Both the position numbers and the translations under genes were made by a program. The notes below the pieces were generated by a model. It did no database searches and was not told the DNA's origin. It saw only the letters and a list, made by a program, of their open reading frames with translations. Shown piece after piece: positions 49,487 to 57,999 of a stretch of DNA of 60,957 nucleotides. Position 1 is the first letter of the stretch; the number at the start of each line of letters is the position of its first letter. This DNA is from an uncultured virus (IMG/VR IMGVR_UViG_3300042691_048032) (taxonomy: Duplodnaviria; Heunggongvirae; Uroviricota; Caudoviricetes). The DNA lies in IMG/VR virus record IMGVR_UViG_3300042691_048032. One strand, given 5' to 3'.

Positions 49487-49489
49487 CCC

Positions 49490-49762
49490 CTAGATCTCGT
49501 CGTCGTCGAGGTACGCCTCCACGAAGTCGGCGAGGTGGTGCTGCTCCACGATCGCCCACACGGGTGCGCTGGACGAGCCGCGGTAGGAGACGCCCTCGGG
49601 CAACTCCACCTGCTCGTGCCACTCATCGGCGGCGGCGAGGGCGATGGCCTGCTCGCAGACGGGGATCATGACCGCCGGGACCGGCGGGTAGTGGTTGCTG
49701 CTCAGGTGCCATGCGAGCGCGGTCTTCGCGCCGCCGTATTCGATCATTCCTGCTGTGTCCAT
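49490..49762 (-). CDS. Hypothetical protein
   Basis: Conserved leader. Confidence 0.7.
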   Translation of the reverse strand: MDTAGMIEYGGAKTALAWHLSSNHYPPVPAVMIPVCEQAIALAAADEWHEQVELPEGVSYRGSSSAPVWAIVEQHHLADFVEAYLDDDEI

Positions 49763-49795
49763 GTTGACCTCCTTGGTCGTTTGTCGTTGTTGGTA

Positions 49796-49830
49796 ATAGA
49801 ACGGACGGTGCGCACGGAAGTGTGCGCGCC
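49796..49830 (-). promoter_or_regulatory. Class B motif within hairpin
   Basis: CGCACAC-N16-CGTTCTAT. Confidence 0.8.
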
Positions 49831-49836
49831 GATCCG

Positions 49837-50295
49837 TTACTGGGCCGGCTCCCGCGAGAAGGGCTCGCTGGCCTCTCGGCCGAACACCCGTGCGTACAGG
49901 TCTCGGCCGGCCTGCCACTCCTCCCACAACCCGTCCGACATGACCTCCACCGCGTCGCCGTAGATCTCCTTGGCGCGGATGAGGATCGCCGTCACCACGG
50001 CGTCGTACGGCAGGCGCGCCGTCTTCGTGAAGGCGAAGGCCGTGTCGGTCGTCGCCCACGCGGCCTTGGTGGCCTTCGAGTCCCACCAGAAGGTCTCGTA
50101 GGCGTGCTCGCCGGCCCCGTTGAGGGCGAAGTGCTGTTCGCTGAACACCGGCTCGTCCTCGCCGTATGCGTCGCCGATGGCGATGCCGATCTCCCGCGCC
50201 GCGGCGATGATCTTCTTGGCGTCGGTGCCGAGCCTGCGGAACGCGTCCCGGTCCTCGTGTCCGTCGGGTCGTTCCCAATAGTGCGTGTATCCCAT
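49837..50295 (-). CDS. Hypothetical protein (MGYTHYW type)
   Basis: Leader variant GACCAGGGAGGTCA. Confidence 0.7.
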   Translation of the reverse strand: MGYTHYWERPDGHEDRDAFRRLGTDAKKIIAAAREIGIAIGDAYGEDEPVFSEQHFALNGAGEHAYETFWWDSKATKAAWATTDTAFAFTKTARLPYDAVVTAILIRAKEIYGDAVEVMSDGLWEEWQAGRDLYARVFGREASEPFSREPAQ

Positions 50296-50330
50296 GTTGA
50301 CCTCCCTGGTCGTTGTCGTTGTTGATGCCT

Positions 50331-50370
50331 GAACGAACGCTCGGGGCCGAGGTGTGCGCACCCCGACCCC
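50331..50370 (-). promoter_or_regulatory. Class B motif within hairpin
   Basis: ggggtcggggtg-cgca-cacctcggcccc; CGTTC at N16. Confidence 0.8.
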
Positions 50371-50378
50371 GATCGCCG

Positions 50379-50807
50379 TCACTTCTTCGCCGAGGGCTTC
50401 TTCGGCTTCGGGGTCACCTTGATGCTCGCGGCGACGGGGACGAGGCTGGAGGCCTTGTCGGCCACCTCCTGCGAGATGTAACCCGACTCCACCGCGCCCT
50501 TGAAGGCGTCCAGGTCGACCGACCGCTTGGTCAGGTCGTCGTAGACCTTGGCCGGCACGAGTTCGGCGAGGACGTCCGCGTCCACGCTGAGTCGGCCGTC
50601 CGACTCCACGAGGGTGACGAGGGTCTCGTCGGCGAGTTCCACCTTGGCGATGCCAGCGGCCTTGAAGGCCTCGATGGCGTCGTCCTGCGCTCGCTTGGCG
50701 GCGGCCTTGGCCTCCTTCTCGGCGATGCGGGCCAGGACGAGTGCCTGGGCCGCGTACTTGGCGAGTTCGGTGGATACTGCTTGCTGGGTTTCCTGTGCTG
50801 TCTTCAT
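50379..50807 (-). CDS. Hypothetical coiled-coil protein (MKTAQ start)
   Basis: Conserved leader. Confidence 0.7.
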   Translation of the reverse strand: MKTAQETQQAVSTELAKYAAQALVLARIAEKEAKAAAKRAQDDAIEAFKAAGIAKVELADETLVTLVESDGRLSVDADVLAELVPAKVYDDLTKRSVDLDAFKGAVESGYISQEVADKASSLVPVAASIKVTPKPKKPSAKK

Positions 50808-50839
50808 GTTGACCTCCTTGGTCGTTTGTCGTTGTACCT

Positions 50840-50870
50840 CTAGAACGAACGACGCACTCGAAAGTGTGCG
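50840..50870 (-). promoter_or_regulatory. Class B motif CGCACAC-N16-CGTTCTAG
   Basis: Exact spacing. Confidence 0.8.
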
Positions 50871-50956
50871 ATCGCCCCTCGGGATCTCTGCCGTCATCCT
50901 GCCAAGGGGGTGTGGCACAGTTGCCCGTGCCGTCCCCGTGTCAAGGTGACACAGAC

Positions 50957-50985
50957 ATTATGAACTACGGGTGTGACATAGTCAA
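50957..50985 (-). promoter_or_regulatory. Class A promoter TTGACT-N17-CATAAT
   Basis: Spacer atgtcacacccgtagtt. Confidence 0.65.
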
Positions 50986-51011
50986 GTACCCCGGGAAACT
51001 TTGCCGGCCAG

Positions 51012-51047
51012 CGCACACTTGACACCGTTGCCGTCGTTCCCTACGAT
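51012..51047 (+). promoter_or_regulatory. Class B motif nested with TTGACA-N17-TACGAT
   Basis: CGCACAC TTGACA ccgttgccgt CGTT ccc TACGAT. Confidence 0.8.
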
Positions 51048-51076
51048 GTAAGGCAACAACGACCAAGGAGGTCAGC

Positions 51077-51313
51077 ATGAAGACAGAAGAGTTGAGCAAT
51101 ACATACGCGGAGATCGACGGCAAGTACCGTCGGCTCACCGTGTGCGAGGCCCGGGAGCGGGAGGAGCAGGCCGACAAGGCCGAGGCCGATCGCATCGCCG
51201 CCGGCGGTTGCCCCCACCCGATGGACGAGTGGGAGCACGGGTACGACGAGGACTCGGTCCTCGGCGACTACTACTGGTGCGGTCGCTGCGGCGAACTCAC
51301 CCAGGTGGGCTGA
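51077..51313 (+). CDS. Zn-ribbon hypothetical protein
   Basis: Conserved leader; CPH..CGRC. Confidence 0.7.
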   Translation: MKTEELSNTYAEIDGKYRRLTVCEAREREEQADKAEADRIAAGGCPHPMDEWEHGYDEDSVLGDYYWCGRCGELTQVG

Positions 51314-51314
51314 C

Positions 51315-51704
51315 ATGGACGCAAAGATCATCGTCACCCACCGACCGCTCTCCGACACGATCATGGCGTGGGTGGACGTCGAGATGTCCGACGACGACTA
51401 CAACGAGAGGGTCGTTCGGGAGAACATCGGCGAGGACATCCTCGTGGAACTCCTGAAGGTCGGGCCGAGCCACAACAGGACTCGCCTGATCTTCTCGGGT
51501 CTGCAGGTGGTCGCCGCCGGCGACAACCCGGGCTGGGAGGCGTTCGCGGGCATCGTCGCCGGCGACGGAGTGACATCGCTGATCGTCGAGGCGGCCGAGG
51601 AACTCCGCCAGCGCGCCGTCCCGATCGACGTCACCGAACGGATCATGACCGCGAACCGCACCGAGATCACCGTACCGGCCGACGCACTCCTGGTGAAGCC
51701 ATGA
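51315..51704 (+). CDS. Hypothetical protein
   Basis: Starts 1 nt after the previous stop. Confidence 0.55.
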   Translation: MDAKIIVTHRPLSDTIMAWVDVEMSDDDYNERVVRENIGEDILVELLKVGPSHNRTRLIFSGLQVVAAGDNPGWEAFAGIVAGDGVTSLIVEAAEELRQRAVPIDVTERIMTANRTEITVPADALLVKP

Positions 51705-51928
51705 GCGCGCCGACCACGGGGGTCGACGGGGCCACCGCCGAACTCCTCCACAACGTGGACAGGATGTTCGCCGCCATCGAGGCGGCAGCGTCCCGGCTCG
51801 TCGCCGAGATCGACGGCATCATCGCCGCAACGGTCGGCCACGAGCTGTTGTCCGCCGCCGAGGTGGCCGACATGATGCTCGACCTCCGGTCGACGGCATC
51901 GGCCATCGCACAGGCGGCGCAGGCTTGA
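51701..51928 (+). CDS. Hypothetical protein
   Basis: ATGA-coupled. Confidence 0.5.
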   Translation: MSAPTTGVDGATAELLHNVDRMFAAIEAAASRLVAEIDGIIAATVGHELLSAAEVADMMLDLRSTASAIAQAAQA

Positions 51929-51961
51929 CGGGCGGGCCACGGGGGTCGTAGCATCGCCCCC

Positions 51962-52174
51962 GTGGCCCTCTTCCGTGACTCACCGTACAGATGCGAGTTC
52001 TGCGGGGAGGGGCTCGACCCGAACGGGCCGGGGACCGCGCGCCGCGTGACTTGCTGGATGAAGAACGGGTCGGTGTCGGCCCGCATGCCGGGGGCCGCGA
52101 CGGCCCACGCGCACTGGGTGTGCGTCGAGGCGGCGTCGATGAAGCCGGCCGAAGACGCGCCCCGGCTGTTCTAG
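51962..52174 (+). CDS. Zn-binding hypothetical protein, probably leaderless
   Basis: TTGACG-N18-TAGCAT ends 7 nt before the GTG; CxxC..HxxC. Confidence 0.55.
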   Translation: MALFRDSPYRCEFCGEGLDPNGPGTARRVTCWMKNGSVSARMPGAATAHAHWVCVEAASMKPAEDAPRLF

Positions 52175-52205
52175 CCCCGCCCCGGCGGGGGCGTGACTCG
52201 GGGCC

Positions 52206-52409
52206 TCAGGCCTCGACTTGCTCGCCGTAGACCGCCAGCAGCTCGACCGTGCCCTCGATCTCCTCGGCGGCGCGCCGGCACAGGGCCGCAACGCGTTCGT
52301 GCTCGCCGGCCCGGAGCCTCCACCCCGCCCGCCCGCAGTCACGCTCCATCTGGGCCTCGGCGATCCTCTTCTCGACCTCGGCCCTGAGCTGTTCCGCGAC
52401 GCGCCTCAC
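52206..52409 (-). CDS. Hypothetical protein
   Basis: GTGA-coupled. Confidence 0.45.
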   Translation of the reverse strand: MRRVAEQLRAEVEKRIAEAQMERDCGRAGWRLRAGEHERVAALCRRAAEEIEGTVELLAVYGEQVEA

Positions 52410-52603
52410 GACGCGCCGACCCTTTCCTCGACGGCCCAGCGGTCCTCGCCGGGTACGAGGCCGAGCGTGGACCCGTCCTCCCATTCGACGTGGACCGTCC
52501 CGAGGTCGTCGACGAACGAGACCCGCCCCCGTGCCCCGGGGACGAGCCGCGTGAACTCGTCGCTGGTCCATACCAGCCTGACGGTGTCGCCGACGGCGGT
52601 CAT
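52406..52603 (-). CDS. DUF4314-like protein
   Basis: 'GDTVRL...D..T.L.PG..G.V..VDD.GTVHV.W..GS.LGL..GED'. Confidence 0.75.
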   Translation of the reverse strand: MTAVGDTVRLVWTSDEFTRLVPGARGRVSFVDDLGTVHVEWEDGSTLGLVPGEDRWAVEERVGAS

Positions 52604-52980
52604 GAACGAACCGCCTCGTCCGCGGCGACGACGGCGACCATCTCGCGATCCCAGTCGCCGTCCTCGATGTGCGTCAGGGCCGACCAGACGCTGAGGTAGA
52701 TCCTCTCCCGCTCGGGGTCGTCCTGGTGGATGCGTTTCTTGAAGTTCTCGTAGTCGACGCCGGCGGCCGAGTCGGCGAGATACCGGCCCCACTCCGCCTT
52801 GTCGACGACGACGCGGTAAGGGTAGTCCGCGTCCCGCATGGCGATGATCCGACCGATGTCGTAGCCGGCCTCGCGGACCCGGATGAGGTCCTTGCTGTCC
52901 CGGGCGCGCACCATGAGCTTGCCCGGCTTGTCGCGGTGCTGCACCGCGCTGAAGTATCCGTCTGTAGTTGCTGTCCACAT
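52600..52980 (-). CDS. Hypothetical protein
   Basis: Leader variant GACCGAGGAGGTCA; TTGACA-N18-TACCCT promoter upstream. Confidence 0.7.
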   Translation of the reverse strand: MWTATTDGYFSAVQHRDKPGKLMVRARDSKDLIRVREAGYDIGRIIAMRDADYPYRVVVDKAEWGRYLADSAAGVDYENFKKRIHQDDPERERIYLSVWSALTHIEDGDWDREMVAVVAADEAVRS

Positions 52981-53047
52981 AGTTGTGACCTCCTCGGTCG
53001 TAGTAGTTGTAAGAATGTTTCAGGGTAGCGGTATTCGGCCACCCCTG

Positions 53048-53251
53048 TCAACCCTCGGGGTCGCCCCGCCGTTCGAGGGCGTCCTTCGCGCTCACGTACC
53101 TAATCACGCCCGGCGCCATCACCACGAACACGTTCGGCCCCTCGGCGGGATGGGACGACATGCCGTCGAGCGCGGCCAGGGCTTGCCTGACCGCGTCCTC
53201 GGGGCTGTCGGCGTCGTAGATCATCGTCCACGTCACCTCGTACTCCCTCAT
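53048..53251 (-). CDS. Hypothetical protein
   Basis: ATGA-coupled. Confidence 0.55.
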   Translation of the reverse strand: MREYEVTWTMIYDADSPEDAVRQALAALDGMSSHPAEGPNVFVVMAPGVIRYVSAKDALERRGDPEG

Positions 53252-53652
53252 GGCCGCACCAGCACCTTGCCGGCCACGGAGATCTCCACGTCCTCCGTGT
53301 TGACCTTGCCGCCGCCGAAGAGGTGTGCCCACATGTCGAGGTCCTCCCCGACGACGACCCAGACGGCCTCCGACTCCGGTGCCGCCACGGCGATGGCGCG
53401 GAGGATCTCCTGCCACTCCCACGGCTGCTTCTGCCCGTCCCACCCCTCGATGGTGACGCCGTCGTGGGCGGTCTCGGCGATGAAACCGAGTTCGCACAGC
53501 TCCTCGGCGACCTCCTCGGCCGTGTCGCCGAACAGCTTGCCGTCGCTCCACTTGGTGCGGCAGGTGGGCGGCAGCGCGGCGTTGAGCCTCGCGAGTCCGT
53601 CGGCCTTGATGTGGATGTCGTCCATCCTGAGCATGTTTATTGAGTATCCCAT
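53248..53652 (-). CDS. Hypothetical protein
   Basis: Leader GACCGAGGAGGTCAACATG. Confidence 0.7.
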   Translation of the reverse strand: MGYSINMLRMDDIHIKADGLARLNAALPPTCRTKWSDGKLFGDTAEEVAEELCELGFIAETAHDGVTIEGWDGQKQPWEWQEILRAIAVAAPESEAVWVVVGEDLDMWAHLFGGGKVNTEDVEISVAGKVLVRP

Positions 53653-53708
53653 GTTGACCTCCTCGGTCGTTCGTTGTTGATGTCGGTTGTTCGTCGTGGC
53701 CCGTGCGA

Positions 53709-53912
53709 TCACGCGTCGGGGCCGGCGATTACCACGCCGTCGACGTACGAGTGGGCCGCGATCACGCGGGGGTCGTCCCCGTCCATCGGGGCGTGTGTCT
53801 CGTCCTCCGCGCTCTCGACGTAGTCCCACGACTCGTCCATGCCGCACACGTCGCCGTCCTCGTCCGTGTAGACGGTAACGACGACGTTGAACACGTGCCA
53901 TGCCGGCTTCAT
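53709..53912 (-). CDS. Hypothetical protein
   Basis: GGAGG RBS; coupled to the upstream gene. Confidence 0.55.
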   Translation of the reverse strand: MKPAWHVFNVVVTVYTDEDGDVCGMDESWDYVESAEDETHAPMDGDDPRVIAAHSYVDGVVIAGPDA

Positions 53913-54133
53913 CACGCCTCCACGATGTCGTCGGGGTGGATGCCTCCGCGGTCCACGATCAGGTCGAAGCACCGCTGGCACAGGACCGCCGTGGACGACT
54001 CCACGTACGGGCGGTAGGTGTCGTACCAGTACCACTGGCCCGCCTTGATCTTGCAGTCGAAGTGGAAGCAGGTGATGTCCTGCTCCGCCCGCTTGCTGAC
54101 CATCTTGAATGTGCCCTTCTTCATTGTTGCCAT
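53912..54133 (-). CDS. Zn-finger hypothetical protein
   Basis: Conserved leader; C....C..CxxC. Confidence 0.7.
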   Translation of the reverse strand: MATMKKGTFKMVSKRAEQDITCFHFDCKIKAGQWYWYDTYRPYVESSTAVLCQRCFDLIVDRGGIHPDDIVEA

Positions 54134-54163
54134 GTTGACCTCCTTGGTCGGTTGCTCGTACTC

Positions 54164-54194
54164 CTAGAACGAACGACGCCCACCGAAGTGTGCG
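54164..54194 (-). promoter_or_regulatory. Class B motif CGCACAC-N16-CGTTCTAG
   Basis: Exact spacing. Confidence 0.8.
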
Positions 54195-54211
54195 GGATCC
54201 GTACCGATCAC

Positions 54212-54240
54212 ATCTTGACACATACTCGGGGGCGAGTCAA
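54212..54240 (-). promoter_or_regulatory. Class A promoter TTGACT-N17-CAAGAT
   Basis: TGT extended -10. Confidence 0.6.
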
Positions 54241-54258
54241 GTGGTGATCGTGATCCGT

Positions 54259-54287
54259 TTGACCGTGCGCGGTACGGGCGTTACGAT
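54259..54287 (+). promoter_or_regulatory. SigA-type promoter TTGACC-N17-TACGAT (leaderless start of SNF2 gene)
   Basis: The -10 box ends 6 nt before GTG 54294. Confidence 0.7.
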
Positions 54288-54293
54288 CGTGCC

Positions 54294-56258
54294 GTGCCGC
54301 GCATCGTCCAGTCGGGCGGGAGCCAACTTCTCCTGGCCGACGATCACCTCGTCCTCGACTTCCCCTACGACGCCGATCAGGTCGCCCGGGTGAAGGCCAT
54401 CCACGGGGCCAGGTGGGACAAGGTCGCCCGGGTCTGGCGGGTCCCGGTCGAGAGCATCGCCGAGGCCCGCTCCTTCGCCCGTGACTGCTCCTTCTGGGTC
54501 GCCCCGGAGGTGCTGCGCTTCGACCTGCCGGCCCCGCTCGCCGGCGGAGTCACGGCGGGCCGCAAGCGGCTCCGGCTCGACTCCGGGAGGCTGCTGATCG
54601 AGTTCGGCTACGACCAGCTGATCGCGGAGGCGGCCCGGAAGACGCCGGGCGTGGCCTGGGACAAGCGGGCCAAGGTGTTCGCGGCCCCGGAGTCGGCGGC
54701 GGCCGACGTCGTCTCGATGTGCTCCCGGTTCGGTTTCGACATCGACCCGGCGGCCCGCGAGCTCGCCGAGGCGGAGTCACGCAGGGGGGAGGAGTCCGTC
54801 GCCGCGTCCCGTGCGCTCGACGCCGACCTCGACGTCGCCGGCCTCGGCGGGACGCTCCGGGGTTTCCAGCGGGCCGGGGTGAAGTACCTCCTCGACTCCC
54901 GGCGGGCCTTCCTGGCGGACGACATGGGCACCGGGAAGACGATCCAGTCGCTCGTGGCCCTCGAGGCCGCCTCACAGCGGGGCGTGACCGCGTGGCCGGC
55001 CGTCGTCGTCTGCCCGGCGACCCTGGTGCTGAACTGGCCCCGGGAACTCGAGCGGTGGCTGCCCGGGAAGACCTGGCGCGTCGTCCAGGGCCGCAAGGAT
55101 CCCGGCGACCTCTCCGGGGTCGACCTCGTGGTCGTCGGGTGGCCGAACCTGTCGAGCCACGTCGAGGCCCTCTCCGGGTTCTCGAGTTACGTCTTCGACG
55201 AGAGTCACGCCGCGAAGAACTACGAGGCCGCCCGGACCAAGGCCGCCATCCGGGTCGCCCGGAACGCCCCGGGCCTCGTCCTGTGCCTCACCGGGACGCC
55301 GATCACGAACCGGCCCGCCGAGTACGCCTCCCAGCTCGAGATCCTCGGCCGCATCGGCGACTTCGGGGGCCGGTGGGCGTTCTACAAGCGGTACTGCAAC
55401 GCGTTCCGTGACCGCTGGGGGCAGTGGCACCTCGAGGGCGCCGCGAACCTCCCGGAACTCAACCAGAAGCTCCGGGCGAGCTGCTACGTGCGCCGCACGA
55501 AGGACGAGGTGATGCCGGAGCTCGACCCGGTCGAGACGGCCGTGCGGCTCGTCCCCCCGGACCCGAAGGTGATGCTCGAGTACCGCAAGGCCGAGGAGGA
55601 CATCGTCGAGTACGCCGCGAACAGGGCCGCCGAGATCGCGAGGGAGCTGGGCAAGCCCGCGGGTCACGCCGCCGTCCGGGCGCGCTTCGCCGCTGAGTCG
55701 AACGAGCACCTCGTTCGCACCGCGGCCCTGCGCCGGCTCGCCGCCCGGTCGAAGATGCCGGCCGTCGAGGAGATGGTCGAGGAGATGCTCGAGTCCGGGC
55801 GCAAGGTCGTCCTCGCGGCGCACCACCGGGACGTCGTCGACGACCTGGCGTCGAGGTTCGGCGGCCTGAAGATCCAAGGCCAGATGTCCCCGGAGGAGGT
55901 CGAGCGGGCCAAGCGTGACTTCCAGGAACTCCCCGTCGACAAGGCCCCGGTGATCGTCCTGTCGATCATGGCGGCCAAGGAGGGGCACACGCTGACGGCG
56001 TCCCAGGACGTGATCTTCGTCGAGGAGCCGTGGACGCCGACGGACGTCGACCAGGTCGTCGCCCGGTGCCACCGCATGGGGCAGGCGGGATCAGTCACGG
56101 CGTGGCACGTCCTCGCGTCGGGGACGATCGACGAGGCGGTCCACGGGCTCGTCGAGAGGAAGCGCGGCGTGGTCCGGGCGGCCACGGACGGCGAGGATCC
56201 CGCGGTCCAGGCGGGTTCGGTCGTCTCCGACCTACTGCTCGGGATGCTCGGCGGCTGA
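54294..56258 (+). CDS. SNF2-family helicase with two HARP-like N-terminal domains
   Basis: LADDMGTGKT, DESH, LTGTP..N and Q..ARCHRMGQ; duplicated 'F.YD.....K...G..WDK..'. Confidence 0.9.
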   Translation: MPRIVQSGGSQLLLADDHLVLDFPYDADQVARVKAIHGARWDKVARVWRVPVESIAEARSFARDCSFWVAPEVLRFDLPAPLAGGVTAGRKRLRLDSGRLLIEFGYDQLIAEAARKTPGVAWDKRAKVFAAPESAAADVVSMCSRFGFDIDPAARELAEAESRRGEESVAASRALDADLDVAGLGGTLRGFQRAGVKYLLDSRRAFLADDMGTGKTIQSLVALEAASQRGVTAWPAVVVCPATLVLNWPRELERWLPGKTWRVVQGRKDPGDLSGVDLVVVGWPNLSSHVEALSGFSSYVFDESHAAKNYEAARTKAAIRVARNAPGLVLCLTGTPITNRPAEYASQLEILGRIGDFGGRWAFYKRYCNAFRDRWGQWHLEGAANLPELNQKLRASCYVRRTKDEVMPELDPVETAVRLVPPDPKVMLEYRKAEEDIVEYAANRAAEIARELGKPAGHAAVRARFAAESNEHLVRTAALRRLAARSKMPAVEEMVEEMLESGRKVVLAAHHRDVVDDLASRFGGLKIQGQMSPEEVERAKRDFQELPVDKAPVIVLSIMAAKEGHTLTASQDVIFVEEPWTPTDVDQVVARCHRMGQAGSVTAWHVLASGTIDEAVHGLVERKRGVVRAATDGEDPAVQAGSVVSDLLLGMLGG

Positions 56259-56278
56259 TCCCCGCCGGTCGCCGGCGA

Positions 56279-56458
56279 TCACGACTCGTGGACGATGTCG
56301 ATCCCGCTCGTCGTGTAGGTCGCGTCGACGTACTCGTTGCCGTCGTCGACCTGAGGCTCCTCCACCTGTGCGAACAGCGTGGTGATCAGCGAGTCGACCT
56401 CGTCGTCGGTGAGCGGTCGGTCGGTGGTGAACGTGATGGTGATCGTGTTGGTTGTCAT
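56279..56458 (-). CDS. Hypothetical protein (paralog of 42991..43209)
   Basis: Leader variant GCCCAAGGAGGTCA. Confidence 0.65.
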   Translation of the reverse strand: MTTNTITITFTTDRPLTDDEVDSLITTLFAQVEEPQVDDGNEYVDATYTTSGIDIVHES

Positions 56459-56523
56459 GGTGACCTCCTTGGGCCGTTTGTCGTTGTCGTCGTCGTGATG
56501 TTCGGTTGGGGGTGGCGTGGCGG

Positions 56524-56844
56524 TCACACCGCCCCGACACCCTCGTGGATCTCGCGGCAGAGTCCCCACGGACCTCCCTCGGTCTCGTAGATCCCGAAGA
56601 TCGCGATCGCATCCCCGAACCGCTTGAGCAGTTCGCCGTAGTAGTCGCCGAGCGCATCACGATCCTCCTGCGGGAGGGACTCCAGCACCCCGATCGCATA
56701 CCTCAGTTCGTCGGGGGTCTCCTCGACCTCCTCGTCGGTGTACCACCCCGACATGTCGTCGGTCATGGCGATCATCTGGAACACGGTCTCGTCCTCGTTG
56801 AGCCTGTCCAACACCTCGTAGTGCTTCTTCATCTTCTCGTCCAT
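56524..56844 (-). CDS. Hypothetical acidic protein
   Basis: Leader AACCGAGGAGGTCA. Confidence 0.65.
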   Translation of the reverse strand: MDEKMKKHYEVLDRLNEDETVFQMIAMTDDMSGWYTDEEVEETPDELRYAIGVLESLPQEDRDALGDYYGELLKRFGDAIAIFGIYETEGGPWGLCREIHEGVGAV

Positions 56845-56878
56845 GCTGACCTCCTCGGTTCGTTTACTTGACAGACTC

Positions 56879-56907
56879 ATCTTGACACAGGGGTGTAGCA
56901 GAGTCAA
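56879..56907 (-). promoter_or_regulatory. Class A promoter TTGACT-ctgctacacccctgtgt-CAAGAT
   Basis: 17-nt conserved spacer. Confidence 0.7.
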
Positions 56908-56929
56908 GTATTGGGGGAGGGGCGGGGTG

Positions 56930-56958
56930 CGCACACTTGCCCGCCGTCCGATCGTTCT
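56930..56958 (+). promoter_or_regulatory. Class B motif CGCACAC-N16-CGTTCT
   Basis: Exact spacing. Confidence 0.8.
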
Positions 56959-56989
56959 GATGGCAACGACTACGACCAAGGAGGTCACC

Positions 56990-57172
56990 ATGACAACGAA
57001 CACCGCCAGCAAGACCGAACGAGAGATCGACCGCCTAGAGGAACTCCTGGACAGCGGGCGGCTCCGCGAGATGTTCCTGAACCCCGACGAGGGTCCGGCC
57101 TTCGCGTTCGGGTACCTGAAGGCGGCGATCGCCAACCTGATCCGGGTACACCGGGTCGAGAACGGGGACTGA
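56990..57172 (+). CDS. Hypothetical protein
   Basis: Conserved leader. Confidence 0.65.
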   Translation: MTTNTASKTEREIDRLEELLDSGRLREMFLNPDEGPAFAFGYLKAAIANLIRVHRVENGD

Positions 57173-57255
57173 GCCCCCCCGCATGCGTGACCCTCCCCGC
57201 AGGTGCGGGGCCGCGCGGTCACGCCATCAGCAAAGGTCGGGCGTGACCGCCGGCC

Positions 57256-57558
57256 TCACCCCCCGCCGTCCAGCTCGGGGTCGTGCCAGCGCCAGGTCCC
57301 GTCTCTCTCCAGGACGATCCCGGTCGGCGGGCGGCACTCGGCCAGGTGGAACGGATCGCCGGCCCTGCTCCACGTGAAGTCTCGGTTCACGACGACGGGG
57401 CAGGCGGGTCGACCGTCGTCGTACGCCCTGTCCACGATCCATCGCCCGATGATGACCGTCCCCAGCACGAGGGACGACCAGAAGGTGAACCTCACCGCCG
57501 TCCTGACCGTGTAGTAGATCGGCGGATGCCACCCGCCGCGTGTGTTCCTCTGTCCCAT
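57256..57558 (-). CDS. Membrane-anchored hypothetical protein
   Basis: AAGGAGGTCA leader; one TM segment. Confidence 0.6.
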   Translation of the reverse strand: MGQRNTRGGWHPPIYYTVRTAVRFTFWSSLVLGTVIIGRWIVDRAYDDGRPACPVVVNRDFTWSRAGDPFHLAECRPPTGIVLERDGTWRWHDPELDGGG

Positions 57559-57615
57559 GTCTGACCTCCTTGTAGTCGTCGTGGGATCAGTAGACCGAAA
57601 CGCGGTTGGAATGTC

Positions 57616-57650
57616 AAGGACCCCCGACGGTATTCCCGTCGGGGGTCCTT
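57616..57650. terminator. 15-bp hairpin terminator
   Basis: aaggacccccgacgg-tattc-ccgtcgggggtcctt. Confidence 0.7.
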
Positions 57651-57673
57651 TGTCGTCTCGGTGTCGGGTTCGT

Positions 57674-57862
57674 TCAGTCGACCGTCTTCCATCGGTCGTA
57701 CGCATCGGCGACGCAGTCGTCGCAGAACAACTCACCCTCGTCGTTGAGCGTCGGTTCGCTCTCGCCCTCAGCGAACAACTCCTCGCACTCCATACACCGC
57801 CAGCACGTGCAGTAGTCGACGGGGTCTTCGCAGATGTCGCAGGTTTCCTTGGTTTCCGTCAT
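57674..57862 (-). CDS. Cys-rich Zn-finger protein
   Basis: Conserved leader; multiple CxxC. Confidence 0.7.
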   Translation of the reverse strand: MTETKETCDICEDPVDYCTCWRCMECEELFAEGESEPTLNDEGELFCDDCVADAYDRWKTVD

Positions 57863-57904
57863 GGTGACCTCCTTGGTCTGTGTCTTTGTTTCCTTGACAT
57901 CACA

Positions 57905-57933
57905 AGTATGACATAGGGGTGTGGCGGAGTCAA
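57905..57933 (-). promoter_or_regulatory. Class A promoter TTGACT-ccgccacacccctatgt-CATACT
   Basis: 17-nt conserved spacer; GTCAAG downstream. Confidence 0.75.
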
Positions 57934-57999
57934 GGGTGAAGTAGTGCGGTCCAGATGGTGGTGGTAGTGGTGCCAATACCCCGGCGGGATCGCACACCC

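Noticed and set aside
43244..50370. Hairpins as integron attC sites
   Set aside because: There are no consistent RYYYAAC/GTTRRRY ends, the stems are short and no tyrosine integrase is in the window; a terminator/promoter reading fits better.
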